A stretch of 34,252 bases of DNA from Folioceros fuciformis (lineage: Eukaryota), in NCBI GenBank assembly GCA_049999805.1, contig JBNGIO010006268.1, forward strand, positions 208,724 through 242,975, in the 5' to 3' direction. The position numbers and the translations under genes are program-made. Under the pieces are notes generated by a model. It did no database searches and was not told where the DNA came from. It worked only from the letters and a program-made list of their open reading frames with translations. Shown one piece after another: positions 21,616 through 34,252 of the stretch (positions are counted from its first letter, which is position 1; each line of letters begins with the position of its first letter).

Positions 21616-24600
21616 ATGATGCAGAAGGAGCGATGGCGGGAGCTTGTGCTTGTGGTGCTAGGCGTGTTGTTGCACGCTGTGTACATGCTCAGCATTTTCG
21701 ACATTTATTTCAAGACGCCCATCGTTCATGGAATGGATCCAGTGACGCCCAACATCAGGCCACCTGCCAAGCGGTTGGTGCTATTTATCGGTGGGATTCT
21801 GCACCTTCGCAGGCCAACTCTAAAGGTTGTGAGGTAAGGGAATGGCTAACCAGGACTGGTGTGCTGCAGCTGATGGAATGAGGGCCGATAAGTTCTTCGA
21901 GCTAGACCCTTATGGCAAACCTAGAGCCCCATTTCTGCACGAAGTTATGCATAAATATGGGCGGTGGGGTGTGTCTCATGCTCGGCCACCCACTGAGTCA
22001 AGGCCTGGGCATGTTGCCATTATTGCGGGATTTTATGAAGATCCTAGTGCGGTAACGAAAGGTGGGTTGTGCTGGGTTAGGGTTGCTCACTGTCCTTATG
22101 TTTGTAAGGTATGTAGCTCAGTCCTCACTGGTTCTTGTATGAATAGGCTGGAAGGCCAACCCTGTGGAATTTGATTCGGTGTTCAACAGAAGCAGATACA
22201 CTGTAGCTTTTGGGAGCCCAGACATAGTTCCCATTTTTGTGGCGGGTCTGAAGCACTCTCATTGGAAGTCTTATCCATCCGAGTTTGAAGACTTTGCTAC
22301 AGGTGTGTGACTGAATGCCAGGAAGCACGCTCTGTCCACTGGAGCTGCCTCCAGCTATTGTGCGTGAAAGTATGCTACAAGGCTGACCGGCTATCATCAG
22401 CAACTGAAACCAAGTGTTTGTCTGATCTGTTAGATGCATCATTTCTGGATGAGTGGTCGTTTTCTCACCTCAAAGAGTTTCTGGAGATATCAGTGGACGA
22501 CCACACCCTCCGCCACATGTTGGAGCCGCAAGGGAGCATTGCCTTTCTGCATCTCCTGGGATGTGATACAAATGGCCATGCGCATCGCCCTTATTCGAAC
22601 ATATACTTGAACAACATTGAAATTGTTGACAGAGGTGTGAAGATGATCTATGCGCTGATGGAGGAGCACTTCAAGGATAAGGGGACGGCATACGTGTTCA
22701 CTGCAGATCATGGAATGAGCAATAAAGGTTATGCATTGTTTTCTTACTGGCTGCATGGAGTTGATTACCTTCCATGGATTGGAGATAACATGCATCTTGG
22801 CCCCTTCTTATCAGCATCAATGCTTCTCGTTGCTCTCTTCTTTGTAGGCAGCCATGGTGATGGAGATCCAGCTTGCACGGAGACTCCCCTTGTGGCTTGG
22901 GGATCTGGGATTCGAGTCCCTAGCCCAGCCAGTCCAGAAGATAATGCAGATGATGGACTGAAGTTTGTGGATGAGCACAGTCACAATCTGGAGACTCCCC
23001 TGGGTTGGGGACTCGAGAAGCTGGAACGCCTCGATGTAAATCAAGCTGATATTGCTCCTTTGATGGTCAGTCCCCTCACTTAAGTGATGGCCTAGTTTTG
23101 TAGTGTCCTTGTGTTTTTTCATTTCGAAGACATTCTGTGAAGTAAGTATCCACTGACGTAAGCCTGTGGCTGTAATACATGTTGGGGCAGTCTGCCCTTC
23201 TGGGTCTGCCTTCTCCCATGAACTCGGTTGGCACGTTGCCTGTGGAGTACCTGAATTTGGATAAGGTTTGTTATGGTGCTATCGTGAACCAACCTAGTAG
23301 GCTTTTCTCATGGGAATTGGTTATTTGTTGTGGGAACTGATGCAGGAAAATCTTGTATGCAGGAAGATCTGGCACGAGCAGCACTGGCTAATTCAAAGCA
23401 GATATTGAACCAGTTTCTTCGTAAATCTCGTATCCATGGCTGGGTTTGTCTTTTAGATTGTTTATCAGTGTTACTCTCGCTGAACAGTCTGCCAGGTGCA
23501 TCGCTCGCATGTCCATCTTAACCGATAGTTTGATATGGAAGCAGAGCTTAAGCAGTCAACTTCTTTATTCTTCAAGCCTTATTCCCGACTTTCAAATCAT
23601 CATTCGATTGTTCATGAGATCGAAAATCTCATCTTTCATCATGAAGTTAATGCTGCCATGGAAGCAATCCAAGAATTAAACAGGAACGCTCTGGCGGGCA
23701 TCCATTATTTCCAGACATATGATTGGCTGTTCCTTATGGCTATAATCACGGCTGGATATCTTGGGTGGATGGTGTACATTGGGCTTCATGTTCTCTGGAG
23801 CTATACCTCCATGGTGCAGTTTCGAGTCAGCAAAGGCTGGATGCGTGCCACCAAAACTACTAGACAGCGAGTGAGCACTTTGGAAGCCAGACTTTGAGCA
23901 GTTGTGCTTGCTTCAATCATTGTCTTGCATGTTAACTTGACTGATGCAGCCTTACACTGACTGACATGATCACAGGTTCGTGCTGGCGGTGTAATGCTGC
24001 TGGTGATGAGCACCATTTTCTTGGTGATAGAAAGAGCCCCTCTGCTCTATCATATATACCTTGCATTAGCGCTTTTCCTCTGGACAGAAGTGTTGGGAGA
24101 TACAAGTACATTGCGAGCCTTGTGGAATTCAGTGTGTAGAGCAAACATTTACGATATGGTGAAAGTTGCCTGTGCAACCTTGTTATCAGTATTTCTTTTA
24201 GAGCTTCTGGTAATGTGCTCGAAGCATCTCATATTTTCTTGCAGTATCGTAGTGCCGGAATGGACATTGGCTGACGTCTAGTCTGTCATTTATTTCGATA
24301 AGTTGTCTCACGTGTGGTCAAATTTATGCTTGGAAGGTGACGAGCTTCTTCAGTAGAGAAATCTACACGGGAATTTTTGCAGTGGCAGGGGTAGTTGGTG
24401 CGGTGGTGGTTTCCTGTAACACTCCAGGGATTTCTATGGTGCCAGCATACGTGTGGGCCAGCTGTTGGCTTCTGGCTGGGTTTACTCTAATGCCGGCACA
24501 TATTCCCGATAACACAGTCCTTGTGTAAGTATGAGAGCTGTTTCTTCTCATTTAACAACAAACCCTGAAGGCCCAGAGAAGCTGGGTCGAATAGGTTGAC

Positions 24601-26340
24601 CCCCGTCAATTTTCACTAGTTCAGAGGTCAAGTAGGTGTGTAGCTTTCTGCTGGTTTTTTCTCTTTTCTTGACAATTCGATTTTGAACAGGGTTGCCAGT
24701 GGGGTTGCTGTGGTAATTCTGGGTATTGTTGTAAAATCAATAAATCCCCTTACTCTGGCTCCGCCAACATGGAAGCCGATTGCTGGAAGTCCGAATCGCA
24801 AGTTGGATAGTTCTTTCTTTCTGTTCCTCATTCAGGTAGTTCAATGAACCCTTGAAGACTCAATAATACCGGCATTCCTGCTGGGATGGAGAGGTCTGTT
24901 GAGGTGCGTACTGTGCTGTCTGTTATTTCAGGTGTCACTAGTGCTGATGGCATCACTGATGGTTTGGATTACAACCTCTTACCGGGCAAACAGAAAGGGG
25001 CTTCCGTTGGTGCATCAGCTTATCAACTGGTGCCTTGCTGGTAACCCTTTTTTATCCTTGTGACCTCATTGTTGGTTCCCTCAGATCCTTCTCTCTTTCC
25101 TGTACGAGATGGGAGCAATAGCTTGCAGTGGCAGCATGTGGTTTGATGGCTACTCTGCTCTGGAAATGCAGGAATATCTGTTCTTCTGCCTTTACTTTCA
25201 CCACGAGGCGTGCTTGTGCGGCTGTTGTCCATTTTCCTGGGATTTGCTCCGCCTTTTTTGCTTCTCTCTATAGGGTACCTCTCTGTCCCTTTAAGTTCAG
25301 TTGATGAGTACACCATGTTGGGACCCTGTTTCTTTGCAATTTGATACCATCTGAGAAGTGATCTCTCTCCAGGTACGAGGCACTATTTTACAGTGCCCTT
25401 GCATCAGTCCTCCTATCATGGATCTTGGTCGAGTCGACAGTTTTCTATTTTCCTGTATTTAACAGTCATGTCCCAGAAGCAGAGGATGTTAAGGAGATGA
25501 GGTTACCCTCGGACAACACTGGAGTCGTGAGTCAGAGTCGGTCATTGCGGATTCAGGACGCTCGTGTTCCACTCTGTTTTGTAAGTGTCTTACTCACCTC
25601 GTTTTGCGGTGCATTGATGAGTTCAACTCAACATGGCTCAATCGTCTGCAGCTCATCCTCATAAATGTGGCCTTTTTTGGGACTGGGAACGTGGCAAGCA
25701 TAGCAAGTTTCGAGATATCATCCGTCTACCGGTTCATCACTATATTTGACGTATGCACCGTGGGTGTTTAGCTTTCCATCAAGTGTCTGGGCCTTGTTCT
25801 TACCCTGGAGACGGATGTGTGTGATTACAGCCATATGTGATGGGGGCTCTCCTGCTTCTGAAGCTGTTTATCCCTTTCATCCTTGTCACGTATGGCTACC
25901 AACTCTTGCATTGGTACAGCCGTGTGAATTACCACTTCCTTCCCAGCCACATTCCTTGACGTGTCTGCCATTCCTTGTTGTCGTTATGGTATCAGTTGCG
26001 CATTCAGCGCAGTAACGAAGCTGCTGGAACTGCCGAGACTTGGTTGCTATTTTCTTGTCATTCTCTTCTCCGATGTGATGACGATTCATTTTTTCTTCCT
26101 AGTAAGTCTCAGAAGCCCCAAGCTGTCGTGGTTCTGGTTCTTTTTGTTATTTTTCACCAACTGTGTATCAACCAGGTTCGCAACACGGGAAGCTGGATGG
26201 AGATCGGAAATAGCATCAGTCACTTTGGGATCATGAGCGCTCAGGTAGTGTTTGTCTTGCTTCTCTTCGCCATCTCGGGCGTGTATACCAAGGATTTCGA
26301 GTTGTTCCCAGGACGACGGAGCTTTTCTAAAGTGGTCTAG
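21616..26340 (+). CDS. PIGN: GPI ethanolamine phosphate transferase 1 (PIG-N/MCD4), ~18 exons
   Basis: [171 protein letters not shown]. Stop TAG at 26338-26340; start codon uncertain. Confidence 0.96.
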
Positions 26341-27317
26341 CTGTCGCCTTAAAGTGACCTGTTTGCAGTGCGCCAGCCTTTTTTTGTTCATGCCGTCGCC
26401 TGTTTTTTCGCACGCGGACCGCTATTTAGATTTGGTCTCTAAAAGAAAATTTCCCATTATAAACTTGGAACAATTCTTCGAAGAGTCCTGGAACGATGCT
26501 TAGCTGGGTCCTCAATGGAAAGGATGTCCTCTTTCCTAAATCACTAGAAATGGCATGGCACGAGCTTGCTGTTACGTACCGAGTTCCCACGACCCAAAGA
26601 AGGCCGTCCTGGACTTACATATAACTCTTCTCCTGGAGAGCTTCTACCTCACGGCGCGCTTCCCGTGGTCCTGCCTGCTTGTGCTTTCAGTCACTCGTAT
26701 AACTAAATGCTGTGGTACTACTACATACTTTCGTTGTTCCCATCGCATCTGGCTGTCCATGCACAACTGGAGTTACAAGAACCCGCTCCGGGTTGCCATC
26801 TGAACCAAGCAGTCTTGCAATAGGCCAACACCTGAGTAAAGCTCAAGACGCGGGATAAGAGCGACATCATCCGCGTTCATTGATTCCTCACGATGCTTAT
26901 CAAAGGCGTCCTCAGCAAAGATCCTGATTGCACTGGAAGAGACGTAGGTAGACATGTTCCGCAGCGCATTCGTCGGGATCAATTGCAATGCTCAGTGATG
27001 GCTGCGCTGTTCCGAGCTTTCTGAGACACGCGCTCATACGGACCTGATCTGCAATGAGACCATTGAAAACGACGTGCACAACAGTGAACATGAAGTAGAA
27101 TCCTCCGCAGACGAGTTCCGACATAAGCTTGTCTCTGCTACCCCTACATAGGGGTAAAGTCGTGCATCCAACAGATCCCGTTCTTCCCTCACCTCTGCCG
27201 CTGCTGCTGTAGCCAACTACAGTAGCTTGAGGTACCGAAGAGCAGACGGTGTCCCCACCCGGCAGGCATTGTGCGGTTACAAGCTGTAAAACGTTTGCAA
27301 GTACGGCACTTCCTTCT

Positions 27318-30300
27318 TCAAATGGCCCCTTCATCTGGGAAGCTGGTACTCATTGCAGTGAATTTCTGCTGGAAGCTTTGATTACAGTAGGCGCCGAAAG
27401 CCTCTGCGGGCATCAGCCCTTGGCAAACATTACAGAAATCTGCTATCAGCTCTGCAACCATCCAAGCACAATAGTCTGTAAAATGAAACTTGGGTGCAGA
27501 GAAACACCCATATTGTTGCATGACCGGGGTGAACACACCTTGAAACCGCTTCCTTGGGTGCAGAGGTTGACAGACAGCAGCGTCGATGAACATTTTCTTA
27601 TCTGCCTCTGTCAGCAAACCAGGTCTGACAGAGAAGTCTATGGACATTAAAGTAATCGACATAGCTGCCCTGGTGGCCACGCTGTATCGGGAGCACAGGG
27701 CATAGAGAACCATAGCTACAGCCTCCCTTAGCTGGGGGATAGTGGGACTGCTAGCCAGAGACGACAACACTACCTGCACCCACCGGCTTCATCATTTCAT
27801 CAGTACTAAGGCAAAAGCTTGAAAAGTCATGTCAAACCATTCCACTACACTTACGTCCACCACTGAACTCCCACACAAGCTAAGAACTTGGTCGACATGA
27901 GGTATTAGCTCTTGTGGTAATCGCCACACAGTTCTGTCCTTCATGTCTTCTTCACTGAAGGTTGAGCAGCAGATCACATCTGCTAGGAAATCAGCAGCTC
28001 CAAGGGCTGGTCCCAGCTCCTTCCGTTTAATACAACCTAGTCAATAAGCAAAGAAAATGCAAGGTTGTCACAAGGGCTCGGCTGAAAAGGAGCTCATTAG
28101 ACGGTCAGCAGATGTCTACCATCATAGGTTCACTTTCAAAGTAGTTCCTCTCCCCTTTAGGAGAGCCACCACACTAACCGATTGAGCACTGGACAATTTG
28201 AGAAAAACCAGGCGATGGCACGAACAAAACAGGCTGGTTGTGAAGAAGGGTTCTTCCCAGACGACAGACAGCCCCGAGAACATCTCCGGCATTTTCTTGC
28301 CATTTTGCCTTCTCCTTCTGGTGAGGGCCTACATGGGTTGAATTTCCCGAGCCTCTGTCCATATGTGTAGCTTCCAGTATTCCTTCAAATCCTGGAATGG
28401 CCGTTGTGATATCCAGTAGCATGGATGAGAGCGAGTGTGCAATATCCTGTTGATCAGATACCAACCCCTTTGAGCTTAGGGCAACTACCTGGAGACAGAT
28501 AAAAGCAAACAACCGTCATTTCCCAACGAGAAACCTTCTGCTTTTCCGGAAACGGAAGCTAGAAATGAGCTTTTAGAAACTTACTTCACTCAAGCACTGG
28601 AGACAAACAGGACGCAGATGCTGCTTGAACATAGCTGTGGCCCTTGCGATTATGTCAGGGATCCAGCCAGCAAGCAGCGTACCTACTTTTCTTGCTAGAA
28701 TCGCCCAAAGCTCACACAAGCTGCTGGCCACTTCAGAGTCTGCTGCCCAATTCGTTGCCACTGAGTCCAACACCGACCAGATGTCTTGCAATACTGGGAG
28801 AATTTCTCGCAAGGCACTCTCGTTTGCCCCACAGTCCAGGACAGCAGAAAATACTCTGACTTCACAAGAAATAGCCTTTCCAGTGGCCTCTGTCCTCTCC
28901 TAAAAATTCAAAAGAGCTTCCATGAGAATGTCAATACCAGCCCAATCTATGTACAACTAATACTGATGCCAACGGAATACCATGAAAATAAGAAAAAAGC
29001 ACACAGTGTCAAGGGGATAAGCACCTGTGACACTGATAACGTCCTCAGGGTAACAGCTGCAGAAGCTGTGAGGCGAGCAAATGCTGGTCGGCTTTCTGCA
29101 GGGGGAAGTGCAGCTGCAACAATTGCAAGCGCTTGAACCATCGCTAAGCGTTCACCTGCCTCAATATCCATTGATAACCCAGCCGCTTCACATTCTGACA
29201 TAAGAGGTGCAAGTGCCTGAGCTGCTGCGATGTGTGGGGCAGCAGCTTTACAGATTTCCCTCAGAGCGTCGCAAGCTTGTCTCCTAGCTGCACGACATAA
29301 GGCATGGAAGTAGCGCCATGAACTGCTTGCCTTCACATTGATGACTGCTACAATTATTAACTAAGGATACATACCATCCTTAACGAACAGGGCCCCAAGG
29401 GAATACTGGACCGCTATTCCTAACAGATTTGAGTCCAAAGCGGCCCAATCTGCATATCGTCCAAGTGCAGTGACAGCCGTCTCAACCATTCGTCCATGTG
29501 ACAAACTCTTTTTATCTGGCCAGAACACCATATTCAAGAGTTAACAAGCATCACCATCTTCACTCGCTTTCCCAGAAATTACTGGGAAGCATCTGAAGTA
29601 GGGTAAGAATATTGCCTTTGGGAGGTGGCATACCCTTGGTGGTGACAGCTCCCCTTCCTGGCATCTGACGTATGACTGTGTGTACAAACGAATTCACAGT
29701 AACTGTCTTGTCAGGGAGTTTCATTTCTGATCGAAGCTGATCTCTTAAAGCAGCAGCAGTGAAAACACACACTTCGGCAATCTGCCATGTGTCTGCCAGG
29801 TGAAGCTTCTCCAAGATAAACTGGAGGAAGACAGCTCCCATTTCTCGATACAATGAGGTCAGCACCTCTTCAGCAAAGCTGTCACGAAACCTGATGTGTA
29901 CACACAGACACAGCAGTTGAGTAACAGCTTCATATTCCAGCTTGAGGCATGACGATAAACAAAGGCAGTAAAACCTTACCGATGGAAACTGTCTTCGTCA
30001 GTCTCAGAAACCTCCCAGCTTTCAAAATCTGCTGGATACATGGTGACCTGCATAACAGCCTGGGTATTGTTCTATGTTACTAGCATGCTTTGCATTATAG
30101 GTCACTATCATAACTAGCACAAATTTAAGCACATTAGCTCAAACCAGACAACATGGCACCTGGGCAGCACTGGCAAAAAGTGGTATCTGGAGAAATTCTG
30201 CACGTCTAGCTGCAGGGACTGGCACAAGTCGTGGCCAGGCATTGACAACCCTCGTAGCACATTCTACCCCCAGACCCCCTCCTCCTCCAGAGGCATCGAC

Positions 30301-31823
30301 CAGCCAATTAAGCAATTCGGTCGCGTCATACTCTCCTTTTGCAACAAGGGGTGCCTCAGCAACACATGTAGCTCCAAGCAAAGTGCAGAGGCCCAACGCT
30401 CGCTTTCTGAGTGGTGAATCTGTTGCAGTTGGTGAACCCGCATTTGCTATGTAAGCGCCTCTGTTTGCTAGAATTGCTGCACTCTTCAGCCAAAACCATT
30501 AGCGTTGGTAAGTAAAAGTTTTCAGAGCTGCACATATGCAATAACACAGGCACATCGGGGTTCAGCTAAAATAAACAGCAAAAACCTTACCTGCTGTGAT
30601 TGCACGCATGGCTTCGTATCTGTCTGGCAGAGGGTCCACAGAGGATACAAGTTCCAAAGAAGCAGCTACAGCTGCATCAAAGCAGGCTTCGCTGGGTGAA
30701 CCAAGCCCATGTATCATCGACTGAAAAAGCATTTTGTTGTCTGAGAAGACTTCTGACAAGGTAACACCTGCTGGGATCCTGTTGTGCATCCATCACATTC
30801 CAGGTGCACCTCTTCAATTTGTGAGTCTGCTGGAGGTCCGCAAGTGGGCAAAAGGGAGATGAAGCACCAGTGTGGACCTACCATCGCTCCAAACACGTAA
30901 GAGCCCTTGCAAGAATATCACCGCCTTCATCAGGCGAGCTGACTGTAGTGTCAAGGTATTGCAGAACTTGGGAGCAGCAGTCTTGCAAACATCTGCCGAC
31001 CTGACCAAACAAAAGAGGAAGACAATTTCTTTCAGCGGAATGAATATCAAGCTAATCATGTCCTCCTGTACCCTGGCTAAATCAATGCTTCCTACACAGA
31101 CATAGTCATATTCTTTGCGACCTTCCATACCTCTGCTGAAAGAGACTGGGACCGCGACAACACCTCTTCAGCCAGTACTGTAAGCAGATCTACCCAGAAA
31201 AATCGCTCCACTGGAGCAACATCAACGCTTCCAATGATGCTCTCAAGCAGCTGGTTCCAATATACCCGCAAGCAGCATCAAATTTCATTCAAACATAAAC
31301 CCTGCTGCAATGACGAGCTGCACAGTTGGTGAAGGAAACATGACATGGTCTGGCAAGCACCAACCTCGTAACAGGCCACCTCACCAACAACAGCAGCTGC
31401 TGCACAGACCACAATAGATAACCTTGGAGCCACAACGCTATCATGTCGGATTAGAGGCAGCTGCTGGACAAGAGTCTCGTAAATTTCCTGAGCATCTTGT
31501 TGAGACAGCTGAACCCAGTCATTGCGGATCTTCGACAGCAAAAGATTAAGAGCGAAAAATCGAACTTCCTGTAAACCTCGGACACTAGAATTGGCAGGTG
31601 GAAAGGCAAGATACAGAGAAACTGTCCAAGCCCGAGGAGTTTCTACGAACTGGTTGAGCCACTGGTTGGCAAGCTGCTGTTTCTCGCTATGCCCGGTAGT
31701 ATCGAACAGGCTGCAAATGGCAAGCTCCAGCTCTTGCGCTTCGGCATCCAGCCTCCTCTCCTCCTCATCGTGCAAGGCGTCAGACGATTCCATGTGCAAC
31801 AAGGCTCGGGCCACTCCAGTCAT
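27318..31823 (-). CDS. importin-beta family karyopherin, importin-13/transportin-3(MOS14)-like, multi-exon
   Basis: N-terminal AICSLF..QQLANQWLNQFVETPRAW..EVRFFALNLLLSKIRNDWVQL (IBN_N/Xpo1-type), then HEAT-like helical exons (LLTVLAEE, EDSFHRFRDS..EEVLT, WQIAEVCVF, ACDALREIC) and C-terminal KRFQELIADFCNVCQG. Stop at 27318; start could be 31823 or 31793. Confidence 0.85.
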
Positions 31824-32298
31824 TACATGACCGAGACCTATATAAAAGGACCTAAACCGTCAGCTGGTCCGCAAAGTTGCGACTCCCCTGTGAGCTTCTC
31901 GCATGCAAATTCACTGGTTTCCGCATGCTGTTGCAGTTTCGGAATATCGTAGTGGACAAATTGTGAGACCCAAAACGTAAAAGTCTTTGGAGCGAAGTGT
32001 GCTCTTGGTTGAAGGGAAGGATGTTGCATGAGATCGAGTAGAGTGATTCTCAGCTCCTACGAAAGCAATATCTTGCAAGGAAGTTCGGAAGTGTCGACTG
32101 GGGATGCAGTCGCATCTATTTGCTACGCACGATCGCTGGTTTTCTGCTCTAGTTTGAGCTCAGGAGAGAGTGGAAGCGCGACTGACAGAATTGGAGAGAA
32201 GGGATGGGAATTGCGGCTGGACGATTGTGGACATGACACCGAGCGGTTTGAGGTTTGCAGACGGGTTCAGGACCGCGTAGGCTATGATATGCCCAACC

Positions 32299-33912
32299 AT
32301 GACGAGCGTGAAGGATGTTACAGAGAGCTTCAGGGATGCCGTTCGGTCAGCTGCTGGAAAGCTTGGATACGATGCGGTATTTTTTCCTCTTCACAGACAC
32401 CTTTTCCATGGTTGTTGGATGCTAGGTCGAATCATTCTGGCCTGCTGATCGCATGTACACATTGAGTTTTTGTGGGTTTGTGAAGAGGGGAGGTATGGCG
32501 TTGTAGTGCTTGTCGTCAGGAAGGTTTGTTTAAATCGACGTCTTCACGTTTTTGCTTTGCTCACCATTTCCCATTGTCATGCAGACGAAAATGACCAAGG
32601 TCACATCCTCTTTGATCATGTCGAAAACCCAGCCGAAGTCGAGATTTCTCCTCGAAGCTTTAGAGATTGTGGGTATCTAGTTGGTGGTTGCATCGCGTCA
32701 GTTCTTTTGTTTCTTTAGAGATCCTCTTCAGGGCATCTGAAGGTTTGATGTTTTGCAGCTGGGGAACATTCGAACGATGCATTCTTTTATCGCAACGCAT
32801 CGAAAAGACTACTTAGATAGGTATCGAAGTTCCGAACAAGAGCGGGACAACATTGAGCATGAGGTGATGGTTCCACAGTTTTGCTCTTTTGAAGAGAACT
32901 GTGTCCTCTTGTGAGGAGGGTCTTGTACTACAGAAAGCATAATGCGGAAGGGGGGGCCACTGTTTTGTCAGGTCGGGCTGTTTGTGAAAGCTTGCCGTGA
33001 GCGTATTGATGTCCTCAAGGACAGCATAGGCGTGGAGCAGAGGAAAACGCAGGGATCGACCTGGCGGGATGCCATTGGTAGTTCTCCACGCAATTCAGAT
33101 CTGATTGCCCATGAGACTGGTTTGGTAAGCCCTGAGAATTATCAAGCTTTCGCCGGCGTCTGTCCACTGAAGTACCCTTGAAGGTAGTGATGTTTCTCAT
33201 GTTTTTTGCATCACCCTTTTCTGGGTAAGGCAGGTTTTGATCCTCAGCGAGCGTCTTCGTGTTGTTACTACTCTGTTCGACCGACTTCGTGCCGTGAGAT
33301 TCCAAGAGTCCATTGATCGAAGACTTCCCAAGCTTAGGCGAGGGCTCCAGATGCAAGTTGTGGTGGATCATGCTTACTTTCCAGAACGGGACGAACCCCC
33401 GGAAGAGCCCACTGTGACAGGTGGTCGTAGCTCGTATCAAACAGCGTTGGATGAAGAAACCCGCATGCTACAGGTAACGCCCCGACTGCTCCCTCCATAT
33501 GGTAGTTGTGAAATTACACACTTTTATCAACGTGAGCTCTGTTCGATTTTTGCAGATTGAGTTGACTGAAACAATGGCTTCAGTGCGACAAACACAGAGA
33601 AGTATGCTGGAAATGTCTGCTTTGAACCACTTGTTCTCCACCCATGTGCATCGGCAAGCTCAGCAGATTGAGCAACTTTATCAGCAGGTACGACGTCTGA
33701 ACAGCATTTCCCGCTCTGCAATAGACAACACACGTTAGTTATGTTGTTTCTACCTTGTCATGCAGGCGGTGAATGCTACACACAACGTAGAGGCAGGCAA
33801 CAAGGAGCTCAATAAAACGATTCAAAACAATAGGAGCAACATGCTATTTTTGCTGCTCTTCATAGTTGTTCTCAACATCACTCTCCTCTTCCTTCACTGG
33901 TACAATCAGTAA
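32299..33912 (+). CDS. SYP81: syntaxin-81 (ER Qa-SNARE, syntaxin-18/Ufe1 family)
   Basis: MTSVKDVTESFRDAVRSAA, HRKDYLDRYRSSEQERDNIEHEV..FVKACRERIDVLK, DLIAHETGLVLILSERL, SNARE motif QTQRSMLEMSALNHLFSTHVHRQAQQIEQLY..GNKELNK, and C-terminal TM LFLLLFIVVLNITLLFLHWY. Seven GT-AG exons. Confidence 0.94.
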
Positions 33913-34121
33913 AGCAGGGATGGAGCCCCTCCCCGAGCAGCTCCACACTCCCATCCACTGAGGACACCACGGGAGGACGTGAGACGAAATCCTTACATTG
34001 TCAACATCAATGCCGCAGCTTCCTTGGTGAGCTGATGGCCAACGAAGAACAATCGCAAACGTGTTGTGTGCTCCACGAGTGTGCAACATGGGCCTGAGCT
34101 GGCAGACGTAACCTGAATCAC

Positions 34122-34252
34122 TTAGGGCAGCAGTTGCTTCAACCCTGGCCGGGGATCGGCAGCCTTGGCAACCTGAACCAGTGTCCTGAAGCTGTAAGGC
34201 TCGTGCATAGCAAGCTCAGAAAGAACCTTCCTGTTAAGCTGAATGTTCTCCT
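34122..34252 (-). CDS. RPL20: ribosomal protein L20 (bL20, nuclear-encoded, probably mitochondrial), 3' portion only
   Basis: Minus strand reads ENIQLNRKVLSELAMHEPYSFRTLVQVAKAADPRPGLKQLLP*. LNRKVLSELA..EP.SF is the bL20 C-terminal signature. Truncated by the window edge. Confidence 0.9.
   Translation of the reverse strand, partial: ENIQLNRKVLSELAMHEPYSFRTLVQVAKAADPRPGLKQLLP

Noticed and set aside
26773-27334. ORFs 26912..27334 and 26773..26988 as final exons of the importin gene
   Set aside because: The family C-terminal motif (RFQELIADFCNVCQG) and a stop at 27318 already complete the protein.
29516-29575. Apparent GC-AG intron (A|GCGAGT) in the importin gene
   Set aside because: A canonical G|GTATGC donor ~60 nt upstream gives the right phase.

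Overview
Gene-dense eukaryotic nuclear DNA from a green plant (streptophyte; plant-type snRNAs and short ~55-210 nt GT-AG introns suggest a compact non-seed-plant genome, but the species cannot be determined from sequence alone). The window opens exactly at nucleotide 1 of a U2 snRNA gene, with a U1 snRNA gene ~2.4 kb downstream. Between them lies a phase-consistent 5-exon orphan gene on the minus strand with a signal-peptide-like N-terminus. An AT-rich repeat island (~3.45-8 kb) holds a frameshifted CAF1 deadenylase pseudogene and a possible primase zinc-finger relic. ALG3 (-) is head-to-head with a small DnaJ-type zinc-finger gene (+), followed by a pogo-like non-autonomous DNA transposon and a ~113-bp tandem repeat. 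Next come a ~1,900-aa gene that I reconstruct as WIYLD ubiquitin-binding domain + long disordered region + four U2AF65-like RRMs + RS/RD-rich tail (the most unusual feature), PIGN/MCD4 (+), an importin-13/transportin-3-like karyopherin (-), SYP81 (+) and the 3' end of an organellar ribosomal protein L20 gene (-). Gene models were built by eye from splice sites and recalled protein-family motifs; no searches were run.
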